Shown here in pieces: positions 1 through 9,122 of a stretch of 64,000 nucleotides of DNA. The translations under genes were made by a program, and so were the position numbers. Numbering within the stretch: the first letter of the stretch is position 1; each line of letters opens with the position of its first letter. The stretch is from Patescibacteria group bacterium (lineage in GTDB: Bacteria; Patescibacteriota; Patescibacteriia; UBA11705; JABHMO01): contig JAHIRY010000017.1 of NCBI GenBank assembly GCA_018818405.1, positions 7,563 to 71,562 on the forward strand, read 5' to 3'. The notes beneath the pieces were generated by a model. That model ran no database searches, was not told where the DNA came from, and saw nothing but the letters and a program-made list of their open reading frames with translations.

Positions 1-5
1 ATTGA

Positions 6-362
6 TTGAGTATGACGATTTTTCAAATTATAATTCTCATTTTGATCGCGATCGTTTGTTTCAAAGCGGTGAGAAAGCTATTGAAAAAGGAAATTTCTTT
101 TTTGCTGTTCGCTTCATGGATCGGATTGTGGCTGATTGTCGCTTTGATCGCGATCTTTCCCTCCATTGTCAATCGGCTGGCTGATTTTGTCGGCATCGGC
201 CGCGGAGTTGATCTGATTATTTATCTTTCGATAATTTCCTTGTTCTATATGCTGTTCAAAATAAATTTGCGCCAGAATAAAATCGAAAAAAATATTTCCG
301 AATTGGTGAGAAAGATCGCCATGGAAAATTATCATGACGGGAAAACAAAAGATGATGTATGA
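6..362 (+). CDS. DUF2304-like small membrane protein, the usual partner of a GT2 glycosyltransferase
   Basis: 118 aa with 3-4 hydrophobic helices. MSMTIFQIIILILIAIVCF... pattern typical of DUF2304. Stop overlaps the start of the downstream GT2 gene. Confidence 0.5.
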   Translation: MSMTIFQIIILILIAIVCFKAVRKLLKKEISFLLFASWIGLWLIVALIAIFPSIVNRLADFVGIGRGVDLIIYLSIISLFYMLFKINLRQNKIEKNISELVRKIAMENYHDGKTKDDV

Positions 363-1435
363 AAAAAGTCGGAGTCATATTGATAAATTTCAAGGATTAT
401 GCCAATAGATTTTTGCCCGATTGCCGCGAAAGTCTGATCAGCCAGAGTTATCCCGCGGAAATGACGCGGGTTTATATTGTTGACAATGCTTCCACCGAAG
501 AATCGCGAAAATTTTTGAAAGAAACTTTTTCCTCGGCCGCGGTAATTCCTCGCGCTGATGGAAATTATTCAGCCGGAAACAACGCGGGAATCAAAAAAGC
601 GGCGGAAGAAGGATGTGAATTGTTTGTCATCGCGAACATGGATGTTGTTTATGACAAAGATTGGTTGAGAGAACTTGTTTCAGCGGTTGAATCCGATGAA
701 GAGATCGGTATTGCGCAATCAAAGATTTTGCTTTTTCCAAAAAATAATGAAGAAAAAAAAGATCCGTTGATCAATACGCTCGGCAATGTGATTCATTTCC
801 TCGGATTCGGCTATACTTCCGGCTATGGAAAAAAGAATTCCGAAGCTGCCATTGATAAAATAAAAAAAATCAGCGGTTATGCCAGCGGTTGTTCATTGAT
901 TGTAAAAAAAGAAGTGCTGGACAAAATCGGAAATTACAATGAAGAATATTACATGTATCATGATGATGTGGAGCTTTGTTCCAGGGCAAAGCTGGCGGGC
1001 TATGAAATCGCGCTCGCGCCCGCGTCAGTCATTTTTCACAAATATGAATTTTCCCGCAGTGTCAGAATGGCGTATTTTATGGAAAGAAATCGTTATGTCG
1101 CGGTTTTTTCATTTTATGCGATTCCAACGCTTTTTCTTATTATGCCGGCGCTGGCTTGCATGGAATTTGGATTGCTCGGCTATTCATTGAAAAACGGATT
1201 GCTGGGACAAAAATTCAAAGTTTACCGTTATTTTCTGTTAAAAAAAACTTGGTTGCAAATTCATGAAACAAGAAAGCAAATCAATAAATACAGAAAATTG
1301 CCGGAAAAAGAATTTGTTTCCGAATATTCCGGAAAAATATTATTTCAGGAAATCGACAATTTTATCTTGCGTTATTTTGTGAATCCCATATTTAACGCGT
1401 ATTGGCAAGTGGTAAAAAAAATAATTTATTGGTAA
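359..1435 (+). CDS. Glycosyltransferase family 2
   Basis: N-terminal GT-A fold motifs (VYIVDNAST.E, DxD-like region NMDVVYD) and a C-terminal membrane helix. Start overlaps the upstream stop (ATGA). Confidence 0.8.
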   Translation: MKKVGVILINFKDYANRFLPDCRESLISQSYPAEMTRVYIVDNASTEESRKFLKETFSSAAVIPRADGNYSAGNNAGIKKAAEEGCELFVIANMDVVYDKDWLRELVSAVESDEEIGIAQSKILLFPKNNEEKKDPLINTLGNVIHFLGFGYTSGYGKKNSEAAIDKIKKISGYASGCSLIVKKEVLDKIGNYNEEYYMYHDDVELCSRAKLAGYEIALAPASVIFHKYEFSRSVRMAYFMERNRYVAVFSFYAIPTLFLIMPALACMEFGLLGYSLKNGLLGQKFKVYRYFLLKKTWLQIHETRKQINKYRKLPEKEFVSEYSGKILFQEIDNFILRYFVNPIFNAYWQVVKKIIYW

Positions 1436-1458
1436 GATATTTTAGTTAAACAAACCTT

Positions 1459-2013
1459 ATGAAAAAGAAATTAATTTGGGCGATTTTAGCGGTTTTGATT
1501 GTGGGCGGTCTGGTATATTTCAAAGTTTATTATCCGAATTCCCAATTGCAATTAAAAAACGCGATGAAACACGTCGACGCTTTTGCAGTGGAAAATTATT
1601 TTAATTCCGAAGAAAAAAGCTGCGGAATTTGGTACGAGAGCTATACGGAGGCTGAAACCAAAAACGGCAGAGACAATCAAGCGGTCAAAGATTGCTTTAT
1701 CAAAGCTTTTAGCGGCTGTAGCCGCCGCAGTGTTCTGATCGTGTCCGACAAAAGCCAAACAGCTGAAAGCAAAATCACTTATTCCTTGATTCGCATAATC
1801 AATGATAATGATCGCGGAGAATGCATTGTTCAAAATTCTTATGAGGAACAAAATTTGAATGAACCGAAAAATGAATTGCCGGTCGGATATGTCAATACTT
1901 GCACCGCGTTGAGCGAAGATCTTATTTCCAGCTGCGAGCCGATTTATATCAAGGATGCCAGGGAAAAAGAATCTGAGCCTGAATCGGAAGAAGTTTCGCC
2001 TGAAAATCAATAG
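1459..2013 (+). CDS. Hypothetical membrane-anchored, Cys-containing exported protein
   Basis: N-terminal TM helix (LIWAILAVLIVGGLVYF). No recognisable domain. Embedded in the glycosyltransferase cluster. Confidence 0.4.
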   Translation: MKKKLIWAILAVLIVGGLVYFKVYYPNSQLQLKNAMKHVDAFAVENYFNSEEKSCGIWYESYTEAETKNGRDNQAVKDCFIKAFSGCSRRSVLIVSDKSQTAESKITYSLIRIINDNDRGECIVQNSYEEQNLNEPKNELPVGYVNTCTALSEDLISSCEPIYIKDAREKESEPESEEVSPENQ

Positions 2014-2022
2014 AATAAAAAT

Positions 2023-3156
2023 ATGAAAATCGCACAAATAGTTTGCGTCCTGCCGCCGAAAGGAGGAATCGGCATGGTTGCGCACGCCTATTCCGAACAA
2101 TTGGTGGAGCGCGGACATGATGTCACCGTTTTTATTCCGGAGGAAAAGAATGGCGCGCCAAATGGAATGAAATACAAAATAAAGCAGCTCCGACCGTGTT
2201 TTCGAGCCGGACACGCCGCTTTACTGCCTCAATTTCTCTGGCGGTTAAAAGATTTTGACATTGTTCATTTGCATTTCCCGTTTTTCGGCGCCGCTTTATT
2301 TGTCGCTCTGGCAAAGAAATTCAAAAAGGACAAAATGAAGCTGGTTTTGAGCTATCACATGGATGTGGAGTTCAAAGGATTGCGCGGTTTGTATTGCAAA
2401 TTGTATTGGCGCTATTTTGTTCCGTTTATACTCGATCAAGCGGACAAAATAATCGTTTCTTCCGACGATTACATAGAAAGTTCCGATATTCAAGAATATT
2501 ATTTCAAAAATATAAATAAGTTTGTCGAACTTCCGTTTGGAGTGCCGAAAAAATATCATCCGGAAAAAAAGAACGAAGATCTTTTGCAAAAATACGGATT
2601 GCAAAGTTCTGACAAAATAATCGGATTTGTCGGCGGACTTGATTCGGCTCATTATTTCAAAGGCGTGAATTTCCTGATAAAAGCCATTTCTCTTCTGCCT
2701 GATGAATCAATCAAAGCCTTGGTCGTGGGACGCGGAAATTTGAAACAGGAATATGAAAAATTGGCAAAGGAAATGGGATTGGAATCGCGCGTGAGATTTG
2801 CCGATTCGGTTGAAAGCGCTGATTTGCCTGCGCATTACAATTTGTTTGATTATTTTGTTCTGCCGTCAATCAATAAGTCGGAAGCATTTGGCATTGTTCT
2901 TCTCGAAGCCATGGCTTGCGGCAAGCCGCTGATAGCATCATATTTGAAAGGCGTGCGTTCAGTGGTTGATCAGGGCATAAACGGACTAATGGTGGAACCG
3001 AAAAACAGCAAGGATATTGCGGATAAAATTTCATTTCTCATCAATAATCCGGAAAACGCGCGAAATTTCGGCGAGCGCGGAGTGAAAACCGTCGAAGAAA
3101 AATATCGCTGGTCAAAGATCGCGGCCAAGCTCGAGGAAATTTATAAAAAGTTGTAA
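2023..3156 (+). CDS. Glycosyltransferase family 1 (GT4-type)
   Basis: GT-B fold. C-terminal EAFGIVLLEAMACGKPLIAS... motif characteristic of the Glycos_transf_1 family. Confidence 0.8.
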   Translation: MKIAQIVCVLPPKGGIGMVAHAYSEQLVERGHDVTVFIPEEKNGAPNGMKYKIKQLRPCFRAGHAALLPQFLWRLKDFDIVHLHFPFFGAALFVALAKKFKKDKMKLVLSYHMDVEFKGLRGLYCKLYWRYFVPFILDQADKIIVSSDDYIESSDIQEYYFKNINKFVELPFGVPKKYHPEKKNEDLLQKYGLQSSDKIIGFVGGLDSAHYFKGVNFLIKAISLLPDESIKALVVGRGNLKQEYEKLAKEMGLESRVRFADSVESADLPAHYNLFDYFVLPSINKSEAFGIVLLEAMACGKPLIASYLKGVRSVVDQGINGLMVEPKNSKDIADKISFLINNPENARNFGERGVKTVEEKYRWSKIAAKLEEIYKKL

Positions 3157-3159
3157 AAA

Positions 3160-4323
3160 ATGAAAATCTGCCTCATCAGCAATTTGTACGCGCCGCATTC
3201 CCGCGGAGGAGCGGAAAAAGTCGCGGAATCAATGGCTCGCGGTTTGCGCTCCGCCGGGCAAGATGTTTTCGTAATTTCCACCAAACCGCAATTCGGATTT
3301 AAAAAAGAAATTCTCAATAATATTCCCATATATAGATTCAAACCGTTGAATCTTTTTTATTACTTGAATGATTTTAAACATAACGCGGTTGTTCGTTTGT
3401 TTTGGCATTTTATTGATATGTTCAATATGCATTCCGCATTTGTTGTCAATAAAACATTGAAAAAAGAAAAACCGGATTTTATCATCACGCACAACTTAAA
3501 AGGAATCGGATTGCTGATTCCTCTGATTGTAAAAAAAATAAAAATCAAACATTTGCATATTTTGCATGATGTTCAGCTTTCCGTTCCGTCCGGATTGATA
3601 ATAAAAGGAAATGAAAAAAGTTTTGTGGTTAACGGTCTGCCGACAAAAATTTATGAATTTTTGTGCAAAAAGTTATTCGATTCTCCCGAGTCGGTTGTTT
3701 CTCCGTCGCAATGGCTGATGGATTTTTATGTTGATAAAGGTTTTTTCTTGAATTCGAAAAAAACAATTCTGCGCAATCCGATTGATTTCATTTCCCATGA
3801 ACAAACAAGAATGCGAACAAACAAATTCCTGTTTGCCGGCCAGCTGGAAAAACACAAGGGAATTGAATGGCTGATCGACATTTGGCAAAAAAATAACATT
3901 GCTTCCGAATTGCTGGTCGCCGGAAACGGCAGTTGGTCAGCTGATATTAAAAATGAAAAAATAAAATTTCTCGGCAAATTGAATCAATCGGAATTAAACG
4001 AAGCTTTGGCTCAATCGGATTTTCTTATTTTGCCATCGCTTTGTTATGAGAATTCTCCGACAATTATTCCCATCTCATACGCCAATTCCACGCCGGTTAT
4101 AGCCGCTGATATCGGCGGAACAGCCGAACTTGTTGACGAGGGGAAAACCGGATTCATCTTTACGGCGGGGGACAGTGATTCGTTTTTGAACGCGTTTTCT
4201 CGAGCGAGATCTCTTTCACCGGAAGAGCTGACATTGATGAAAAAAAATAGTTTTGAAAAATCAGCTGATTATGATTTTAAAAAATATATCGCAATTATTT
4301 TAAATCTGCTAAAATGTAATTAG
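3160..4323 (+). CDS. Glycosyltransferase family 1 (GT4-type)
   Basis: N-terminal MKICLISNLYAPHSRGGAEK (Glyco_trans_4-like) and a C-terminal GT1 domain. Starts 4 nt after the upstream stop. Confidence 0.75.
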   Translation: MKICLISNLYAPHSRGGAEKVAESMARGLRSAGQDVFVISTKPQFGFKKEILNNIPIYRFKPLNLFYYLNDFKHNAVVRLFWHFIDMFNMHSAFVVNKTLKKEKPDFIITHNLKGIGLLIPLIVKKIKIKHLHILHDVQLSVPSGLIIKGNEKSFVVNGLPTKIYEFLCKKLFDSPESVVSPSQWLMDFYVDKGFFLNSKKTILRNPIDFISHEQTRMRTNKFLFAGQLEKHKGIEWLIDIWQKNNIASELLVAGNGSWSADIKNEKIKFLGKLNQSELNEALAQSDFLILPSLCYENSPTIIPISYANSTPVIAADIGGTAELVDEGKTGFIFTAGDSDSFLNAFSRARSLSPEELTLMKKNSFEKSADYDFKKYIAIILNLLKCN

Positions 4324-4387
4324 AAATTGTGAAAATTTTTAGGTTTAATGATTTTATCCTTTATTTACTTTAAAAATAAAAACGAAC

Positions 4388-6928
4388 ATGCAAAAGATCA
4401 AAAAAACATTGAGAATTATTTTTAGCCGAGAATTTTGGATAGATAATCGCCGCAATATTTTTGTCGGGATTGGTATTTCTCTTGTAGGATTATTTCTTAT
4501 CGCCGGAATTATTTTTGTAGTGTATTCAAGTTTGTTTACGGAGAAAAGCAATGAACAGACAGCCGTTGAAGCCATTTCGACCGGCGGTCCGAAACTTCTT
4601 TTTCTCGGTCTCGATGGCGCGAATTGGCCGTATGTCGAAGAATTGATCGCCAAAGGACAAATGCCGAATTTCAAAAAATTGCTTGATAACGGAACCATGG
4701 GGCGGGTTAAAACATTCAATCCGCCGGTTTCTCCTCCTCAATGGACATCGGTTGCCACAGGGAAACTGCCGGCGAAACACGGGATCACCAATTTCGTTTC
4801 CACTGCCAATGGCTACAATGAATACGCGCTGGTCGGTTCCAATGACAGGCATGTAAAAGCAATGTGGAATATATTTGAAGAAAAAGGATTTAAAGTCGGT
4901 TTGCTCGGCTGGAACGCTACTTATCCTGTTGAAATGAAAACCGGCTATACTGTTTCAGATATAGCGATCGTCAATCCGAGCAAAGGAATTGAACCGGAAT
5001 CATTGCGCAATGGAATTATTGCCAACACAGCAAAAACTCTCGGTTTTACCACTTTTGCGCAGGGCGTTTCGCTGGACATTCCGGATGCGAAAGATATTAA
5101 TGATGCGGCATATTTCGAGGCTTCGCACAAGAAATTCACTCTTTTCAATGATTTGTTCAACAGTAACAGTTTGTATGCGTTCAAAAAAGAAATGCCCGAT
5201 ATATTGTTTCAAGACGACGGCGTCCTAGACGGAACTCAGCATATTTTCCTGAAATTCAAACGCCCGCAAGAATTCAAAGAATATATTGATCCTGAATTGC
5301 AAGAAAAATACGGCGATTTCGTGGATGAAGTTTATCGCTCAAAAGATAAACTGCTGGGAGAATTCATGAAGCTGTCTACGCCGGATACTCATATCATTGT
5401 ATTTGCGGATTCCGGTTTTTTCGTTGATCCCGTTTCCGGCTGGCGGTTTGATCGCTTGGATATAATTTTGGAAATGATCGGATTGTTGAAAAGAGATGAT
5501 GCGGGAAATATTGATTATTCTCAAACAATCGCTTATGAATGCGGCAATAATGATTTTGATTGGGATCGGCAGTTGTGCATAAATTTGCAAGGCAGGCAAC
5601 CCGAAGGAATTGTTCCGCAGAAAGATTATGACAAAACGGTAAACCAAAATATCGGCAAACTTGAAGCATTGAAAACCACTGACGGCGAAGGATTATTCAA
5701 TTCAATAGGAGAGGCTTTCACTGTCAATGGCGATGTCAGGTATGAAATTAAAAGATCGGTTGTGGACAAAACAGTAATTATAAATAATAAAGAATATCCG
5801 ATAAAAAAGTTTTTAACTTTATCAATAGAATCGGGCGCGCATTATGCCGATCCCGAAGGTCCTCCGGGATTTTTCATCTGGTCCGGTCCGAATATTCGCA
5901 AAGGAAATGTGATCGAAAATATGAGATACATTGATTTTGCGCCGAACATTCTTCATTCTCTCGGTTATCCGATCGGCAGTGACATGGATGGGAAATACAT
6001 TGATCTTTTATATGAGAATCCGACCGAACCGGCGTATATTCCCACATATGAAAACAATCCGAATATCATCAGTCCGATAAATAATGAAATGTTGAGAAGC
6101 AGAGACAATGAAATAGTTCAGGACAATAAGGCGACAATTTTTACCGAGGCCAATCAAACGGACAAATACAAACAATTCTGTTTTCAGTTGGGCAATAAAA
6201 ATACCGCGGTGCAAGTGGATAAAATATTCAAAGTGAATGATCCTGTCGCTTCGATTGCCACATTGCCAAACAATAAATTCGAGCCCATCGATTTTATCAA
6301 AGTTAAGAGAATCTCCGAATTGGAGAAACTTTCAACGACCGTTTTTTTGCCGAAAAATTTTGACATGGGAATAGTAACAGATAAAAGTTTTAATATTTTG
6401 GGATCTCTGGAAATAAATAAACCGACGGAAATGGGAATCTGGACGAATACATCCTTTAATCTAAATTCTCCCGGCAAAGGCGTTTTTCGCCTGATCGCCA
6501 GAGGAATAAGCATGGATGGAGTTTTCCCCATATTGGAATTTTCTCAATCCAGCGGCGTAATTGCCCGGGTAATCATTAATTCAAATGATTATCAACCTTA
6601 TGATGTGATAATTCCAGATGCGGGAAATGTTAAAATCTCATATGTTAATGACGAGTTTAATGACAAGGAAGACAGAAATTTATATATACAAATGATAAAG
6701 TTTTCCGCCAATAATATGTTTGAACCGGCGGAAGACATGGAATTTTTCATGCAGAATGATAATTTGTGTTTTTACAATAGAAATAAAGGTGTTTTCAGAC
6801 TGGAACTTTCATTGGTTCCGCAAAATCAGCCTTCTGAAACGCAGGTTGATCAGGATATCCAAAAAGCGCTTGAATTTTTGCAGACAACCGGTGAAATTAA
6901 TGACACCTCGCCGGAGCCGGCTCCGTAA
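4388..6928 (+). CDS. Membrane-anchored type I phosphodiesterase/nucleotide pyrophosphatase (alkaline phosphatase superfamily) protein with a C-terminal beta-rich domain; paralog 1
   Basis: N-terminal TM helix. LLFLGLDGANWPYVEEL...MPNFKKLLDNGTMG...NPPVSPPQWTSVATGKLPAKHGITNF matches NPP/AlkP-family metal and nucleophile motifs. About 70% identical over its full length to ORF 9123..11675. Confidence 0.7.
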   Translation: MQKIKKTLRIIFSREFWIDNRRNIFVGIGISLVGLFLIAGIIFVVYSSLFTEKSNEQTAVEAISTGGPKLLFLGLDGANWPYVEELIAKGQMPNFKKLLDNGTMGRVKTFNPPVSPPQWTSVATGKLPAKHGITNFVSTANGYNEYALVGSNDRHVKAMWNIFEEKGFKVGLLGWNATYPVEMKTGYTVSDIAIVNPSKGIEPESLRNGIIANTAKTLGFTTFAQGVSLDIPDAKDINDAAYFEASHKKFTLFNDLFNSNSLYAFKKEMPDILFQDDGVLDGTQHIFLKFKRPQEFKEYIDPELQEKYGDFVDEVYRSKDKLLGEFMKLSTPDTHIIVFADSGFFVDPVSGWRFDRLDIILEMIGLLKRDDAGNIDYSQTIAYECGNNDFDWDRQLCINLQGRQPEGIVPQKDYDKTVNQNIGKLEALKTTDGEGLFNSIGEAFTVNGDVRYEIKRSVVDKTVIINNKEYPIKKFLTLSIESGAHYADPEGPPGFFIWSGPNIRKGNVIENMRYIDFAPNILHSLGYPIGSDMDGKYIDLLYENPTEPAYIPTYENNPNIISPINNEMLRSRDNEIVQDNKATIFTEANQTDKYKQFCFQLGNKNTAVQVDKIFKVNDPVASIATLPNNKFEPIDFIKVKRISELEKLSTTVFLPKNFDMGIVTDKSFNILGSLEINKPTEMGIWTNTSFNLNSPGKGVFRLIARGISMDGVFPILEFSQSSGVIARVIINSNDYQPYDVIIPDAGNVKISYVNDEFNDKEDRNLYIQMIKFSANNMFEPAEDMEFFMQNDNLCFYNRNKGVFRLELSLVPQNQPSETQVDQDIQKALEFLQTTGEINDTSPEPAP

Positions 6929-6985
6929 ACGGTTTTGCCAAACAATATTGTTGAAATATTCAAACCAAACATAATACCAACGAAT

Positions 6986-7441
6986 ATGAAGCTGGATAAA
7001 TATGCCAAACGGAGAAATTTTTCAAAAACAACGGAACCTTTGCCCAAAATTAAAACCGGGAAAAAAGAAAAATTGATTTTTGTGATTCATCGTCATGCGG
7101 CGACCCATCTGCATTATGATTTGCGGTTGGAATGGAAGGGAACTCTCATGTCATGGGCTGTTCCGAAACAGCCGGCAAACAAAATCAATGAAAAACGGCT
7201 GGCTGTCAGAGTGGAAGATCATCCGATCGATTATGCCGGTTTTGAAGGAACGATTCCCGCGGGCGAATACGGCGCCGGCAAAGTGAAAATTTGGGACAAG
7301 GGCTGCTGGATTCCTGAAAGCGTAAAAAAAGATAAAATCGTATTTGAATTGGCAGGAAAAAAATTAAAAGGAAAATTCGCGCTGATAAAGTTCAAAAATC
7401 AGCCGAAGAATTGGTTGTTCTTCAAAGCTAAATCCGATTAA
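6986..7441 (+). CDS. Standalone DNA ligase D-type 3'-phosphoesterase (PE) domain protein
   Basis: KLIFVIHRHAATHLHYDLRLEWKGTLMSWAVPKQP...KRLAVRVEDHPIDYAGFEGTIPAGEYGAGKVKIWDKGCW is a near-textbook match to the LigD PE domain (HxHxD...VEDHPLDY...EG.IP.G.YGAG). Track ORF is 6935..7441; the internal Met MKLDKYAKRRNF matches PE N-termini. Confidence 0.8.
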   Translation: MKLDKYAKRRNFSKTTEPLPKIKTGKKEKLIFVIHRHAATHLHYDLRLEWKGTLMSWAVPKQPANKINEKRLAVRVEDHPIDYAGFEGTIPAGEYGAGKVKIWDKGCWIPESVKKDKIVFELAGKKLKGKFALIKFKNQPKNWLFFKAKSD

Positions 7442-7477
7442 AAAGTTTTTGACTCTTATAAAATAAAAACAAAAATT

Positions 7478-9082
7478 ATGAGGCTTGTATTAAAATTAAT
7501 CGCATTTGTTATTGCGATAATAGTCGGTTTTATATTGCTCTTCCTTCTGCTGGTTTTTCTTAATTACAAGTTTAATATCTGGCCGCCGAGTTGCTCCATG
7601 CTGCCGCCGATATCTCAGGCAAAGCGCGTTTGCGAATTTTCAAAGCTGGACAAAGCCAAAGTCGGAACGCAGACAAATGTTCGTTTTGAAGTTTCAGTTC
7701 CGGCGAATACCAATCTGTCGGACAAAATTTATTTGAACATTGCCGGAGAAAATTCCGTTCAAATGGAAAAGACTGCGGATTATTTGTATTCAGCATCAAT
7801 TCCGACGGTTGTCGGAAAAAATCTGACATATTCCTTCTCCAGAAATTCGGAAAGTTCCCGAAGCGAGGAAAAACAATTATCAGTGACGCGGACAAAGAAA
7901 AATGATGTTTTTGATTTTGTTTCTTCCTGGAGCGATTCGAAGCAATCGGCGGCTCTTCCCGCAAAAAAAATCGTGATGATGATGGACACTTGGACAATCA
8001 ATTATAATTTCAATTTGCTCGAAGATACGCGGCATAATATTGATAGTTCAATGAAGCGAATCAAAGCGATGGGCGGAAATCAAATGGATGTTTTTTCTTT
8101 TGTTGAAGTTCTGGGAAATGAAGATTTCTTTTTTCTGGATGAAGTGAAGTCGCCGTTCAAATACATGCGCGATGCGGCAATTACTGAAAAAGACATGAAA
8201 AAATTGGCGGAAACCGGAAAAGAATACGGATTGAATGTGGTTTTGCATTTCAATACCGAAGCTGATTACACTCAATTTTTCAATATGTGGTCACTGAGTT
8301 CTGCGGGCATGGGAGTCGGCGGAGCGGACGCGCACAGTCGCGCGGCAACAAAATTGGGAATAACAAAACCGAAAACAAAAGAATGGATAGATATGTGGTT
8401 CAACGGAATGGAAGATGTTCTGTTGAAATGGGGAGCAAGCGCGGAAAAGGCCGGAATTTACGGAATTGATATAACGCCTCGCTACATGATTCCCAATTTC
8501 GCGCCCGAAGAAAAATACGCTAACCAAAGATATCGGGATTTGATTACCAAACTGCGGCGGGTTTACCATGGAAAAATTTTCGGCTCGAATTTTTCATATT
8601 GGGGCGGAATTTCAAATGAATACATTCCGGAATATGCCAAGGATCTTGACGGCGTTTATATTTATTTCCAATACATAAATGTTCGCGAAAACGCGAGCGC
8701 CGCGGAAATGAAGTCAGCTTATTCAAGTTCTTTCAACCGGCTTGATGCCGAACTGAACGGATTGGACAAAGAATTTTATCTGGTAATGAATCAACCGAGC
8801 TATAAAGGTTCCACCAGCGGAAAATCAAATTTTGAATTCAATGATTATGCGGAAAATTTGGCAAGGGGATATGTCGCGGACTGGAATGAACAAGCGCGGG
8901 CTTATGAAGCTTTTTTTCAATCGTTAAACGGCAGAAAAGGCTGGGCGGGCGTTGCCACTGAAGGATATTGGTATGATGATCTGATGGATCCTGATTACGC
9001 TGATCCGCTGATAAGCATGCATCCGTCGATCCGCAACAAACCGGCGGAAGCGGTCTGGAAGAAATGGATTATAGTGAAATAA
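7478..9082 (+). CDS. Membrane-anchored hypothetical protein, possible CBM-like N-domain plus TIM-barrel hydrolase-like domain
   Basis: N-terminal TM helix, then a beta-sandwich-like segment (VRFEVSVPANTNLSDKIYLNIAGENSVQMEK) and a ~350-aa alpha/beta region. No confident family assignment. Confidence 0.35.
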   Translation: MRLVLKLIAFVIAIIVGFILLFLLLVFLNYKFNIWPPSCSMLPPISQAKRVCEFSKLDKAKVGTQTNVRFEVSVPANTNLSDKIYLNIAGENSVQMEKTADYLYSASIPTVVGKNLTYSFSRNSESSRSEEKQLSVTRTKKNDVFDFVSSWSDSKQSAALPAKKIVMMMDTWTINYNFNLLEDTRHNIDSSMKRIKAMGGNQMDVFSFVEVLGNEDFFFLDEVKSPFKYMRDAAITEKDMKKLAETGKEYGLNVVLHFNTEADYTQFFNMWSLSSAGMGVGGADAHSRAATKLGITKPKTKEWIDMWFNGMEDVLLKWGASAEKAGIYGIDITPRYMIPNFAPEEKYANQRYRDLITKLRRVYHGKIFGSNFSYWGGISNEYIPEYAKDLDGVYIYFQYINVRENASAAEMKSAYSSSFNRLDAELNGLDKEFYLVMNQPSYKGSTSGKSNFEFNDYAENLARGYVADWNEQARAYEAFFQSLNGRKGWAGVATEGYWYDDLMDPDYADPLISMHPSIRNKPAEAVWKKWIIVK

Positions 9083-9122
9083 ATTATTAAAAGATTAATT
9101 TTTCTCATAATAAATAAATAAA

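Noticed and set aside
939-1190. Internal out-of-frame ORF 939..1190 inside the GT2 gene, and similar nested ORFs throughout
   Set aside because: Fully overlapped by well-supported genes with recognisable domains. No independent evidence.
4526-6531. Antisense ORFs within the two NPP paralogs that themselves look paralogous (e.g. 4526..4852 / 9276..9527; 5000..5212 / 9648..9941)
   Set aside because: Their similarity is a by-product of the sense-strand duplication. They have no starts with SD sequences.
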